Shown here: positions 62,339-64,000 of the stretch, in pieces
How the letters are laid out: every line of letters begins with the position of its first letter
Position numbering within the stretch: the stretch's first letter is position 1
DNA from: Acidobacteriota bacterium
GTDB taxonomy: Bacteria > Acidobacteriota > Vicinamibacteria > Vicinamibacterales > CAVVIG01
Assembly (NCBI GenBank): GCA_023265175.1
Contig: JAHFUI010000005.1
Span: 6,862 to 70,861 of the forward strand
Direction: 5' to 3'
DNA length: 64,000 nt
Program-made: the position numbers and the translations under genes
The notes under the pieces: model-generated
The model's input: only the letters and a program-made list of their open reading frames with translations
Databases searched by the model: none
What the model was told of the DNA's origin: nothing

Positions 62339-64000
62339 ATGCCACACACCATGTGGCGCGTCGCACGCGCCGGTCTCGCGGCGGCCCTCATCGTCGCCGC
62401 GGCGAGTTGGGCGATCGAGCGCGCCCGCTTCGGATCGTCCGACCAGGACGCGGTCGCGCGCATCGAACGCGAGCTGCGCCAACGCTTCGCCGAAAGCGCC
62501 GATGCGCTGGGCCGCATCGCGGCGCGTGTCGTCACCCGACGGAACAACATCACACCAGCCGCCCGCGGTCAGGTCCCGGCCGGCTTCCTCTTCGACGCGG
62601 TGAGCGCTGCGCTGCCCGACGAGGAAACGGGCCGTACCGGCATCACCGTGTACGACCTGCTCGATGCACCAATCGCCTGGGCCGGGCGAACGTCCGAGCT
62701 CTCCAAGGATCGCATCAACGGACCGGCCGTGTTGCTGGTCGCGCCCGGCTCGCTCGGCCCGCGACTGGTTCGCACCGAACCAGTCATAGATCCCAGTCGT
62801 CCCACATCGGCGCGTGTGGCCACTGTTGTCGTCGAGCAGCAGCTTGGCCCGGTGCACGGCACGCCCGGCGTGGCCGACACGTTCATCATGTCGGACGCGC
62901 TCGTGCCCGTCTCGCTGCGTGTCCGGCTCGGCGACGTGTCGCCGCAAGGGGCGTACACGTTCGTCATCCCATCGCCCAGCGGCGGTCCATTGGTCGACGC
63001 CGAAGTCTCGCCGGCAGATCTCGCCGCAGCGCGAGCGCGATGGGAGGGCGGCACCTGGGCGGTTGTGCTGTCGATTGTCGGCATCACGTTGCTGCTGTCG
63101 GCCGGTCCGCTGGTCGAACGGCGCCGTCGGGCGCGCGACACGCGCGTCTTCGTCGCGGCCAGCCTCGGTCTGATCGGCGCGATCCTGATGGCCCGTGTCG
63201 TCTTCTGGTTCGCGGCGTCGCCAATCCTCGGCCGCCGCGCGCCGACGTCGCCGCTCGATCTGCTCCTGACGGCGCTCGCGTTCACAGCGATTGTGTGGAT
63301 CACGCTCGACAGCGTCGAGCGCTGGCGGCTGGCTGGGCCTCGACCTCGCCTGCTGCTCGGCGCTGCCGAGGTCCTGACGTGGGTCGCGCTGGCATACGTC
63401 GCCGCCGGCATTGCCGTGACAACGATCGTGTGGGTGTACGAGCGTGTGCTGCAGACGGTCGTATCGCAGACGACGATCGATCTGCTGCAGTTTTCGCTCC
63501 ACCCGCTCAACGGCGTCCGGATCGCGCTCGCCTTCGCGCTCTTACTGCTCCACGCCAGCGTCATCTGGAGCGCCGTGGGCGCGACGCGGCTCCCGAGCCT
63601 CTGGAGAACGCGCCGCGGGTTCGGCCGACAGGTCGCCCTGGCAGCGTGGATGCTTGGGGTTCTGATCGCCGTCAGCCTCGTGCGCTTGAACGATCCGGCG
63701 CTGCCGATCGCGCCGCTGCTCGTCGCCATCACCGCGGCTGGCGTCGGCGCGGTCGCCCTGGCGGCGCTCCGGCGGCGCACGCGCCGCGCCTCACAGGCGG
63801 TTCGGTTATGGGCGCTGTTCCTCGCTCTGCTGGCGCCGGCCATCGCGATGTATCCGTCGCTGCTCGCCTTCACGACGGCCGCCAAAGAGCGGCTCGTGGC
63901 GACCGAGTACGGCCCGCTGGCGCTCGGTCAGCGAAAAGAGCTGCAGAACGGTCTGGACGCGGCGCTCGCCGAGATCGATGCCCGTCCGGCGCTGGCCGAT
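62339..64000 (+). CDS. Large multi-pass membrane protein, N-terminal part only (possibly a sensor-type protein); runs off the window
   Basis: Not in the ORF track because it has no stop. My own translation from ATG 62339 is MPHTMWRVARAGLAAALIVAAASWAIERARFG...; it stays open for 554 codons to the window end, with codon usage like neighbouring genes, a periplasmic-like segment, and at least 6 TM helices. Confidence 0.55.
   Translation, partial: MPHTMWRVARAGLAAALIVAAASWAIERARFGSSDQDAVARIERELRQRFAESADALGRIAARVVTRRNNITPAARGQVPAGFLFDAVSAALPDEETGRTGITVYDLLDAPIAWAGRTSELSKDRINGPAVLLVAPGSLGPRLVRTEPVIDPSRPTSARVATVVVEQQLGPVHGTPGVADTFIMSDALVPVSLRVRLGDVSPQGAYTFVIPSPSGGPLVDAEVSPADLAAARARWEGGTWAVVLSIVGITLLLSAGPLVERRRRARDTRVFVAASLGLIGAILMARVVFWFAASPILGRRAPTSPLDLLLTALAFTAIVWITLDSVERWRLAGPRPRLLLGAAEVLTWVALAYVAAGIAVTTIVWVYERVLQTVVSQTTIDLLQFSLHPLNGVRIALAFALLLLHASVIWSAVGATRLPSLWRTRRGFGRQVALAAWMLGVLIAVSLVRLNDPALPIAPLLVAITAAGVGAVALAALRRRTRRASQAVRLWALFLALLAPAIAMYPSLLAFTTAAKERLVATEYGPLALGQRKELQNGLDAALAEIDARPALAD

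Overview
High-GC bacterial chromosomal segment. Gene content suggests a diderm, possibly Acidobacteriota-like organism, but that phylum call is inference only. I support about 54 protein-coding genes and saw no rRNA, tRNA, CRISPR array, IS element or prophage.

Gene content, left to right:
- End of a bacterial-microcompartment operon: a BMC-H shell gene and an acylating aldehyde dehydrogenase that runs off the left edge.
- Two GT-C-type membrane glycosyltransferases flanking a lipoprotein and an SLT lytic transglycosylase.
- An 11-kb type II secretion / type IV pilus-like cluster: GspF, GspE, PilM/N/O/P-like, a secretin with a TPR N-terminus and a cohesin-like C-terminus, three GspG-like pseudopilins, and an antisense Big/PKD lipoprotein.
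- Serine hydrolase, murQ, xerD, metK, a PHP-domain hydrolase, a fused LptF-LptG permease and a GH57 glycoside hydrolase.
- parB-parA, a DUF151 nuclease, miaB and recN.
- A complete tol-pal operon (tolQ, tolR, tolA-like, tolB, pal, cpoB), then ssb and a cupin protein.
- A long minus-strand array: ptsI, ptsH, EIIA-Man, rapZ, hprK, hpf, rpoN, lptB, a giant LptC/LptA-like protein, recJ, accA, dnaE and guaA.
- A PQQ-like beta-propeller protein and two membrane proteins; the last one runs off the right edge.

The most unusual layer is non-coding. Almost every intergenic gap holds an AT-richer hairpin built from tandem 7-9 nt units followed by their inverted copies. There are at least four sequence families, plus a 14-mer tandem array and a REP-like hairpin. 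One family-A hairpin carries a GxxExxY (PD-(D/E)xK) gene in its loop. Several arms supply gene termini: the recJ stop, the recN tail and a pseudopilin leader peptide.

Many long Arg-rich ORFs in the supplied track are antisense artefacts of the high GC content and were rejected.
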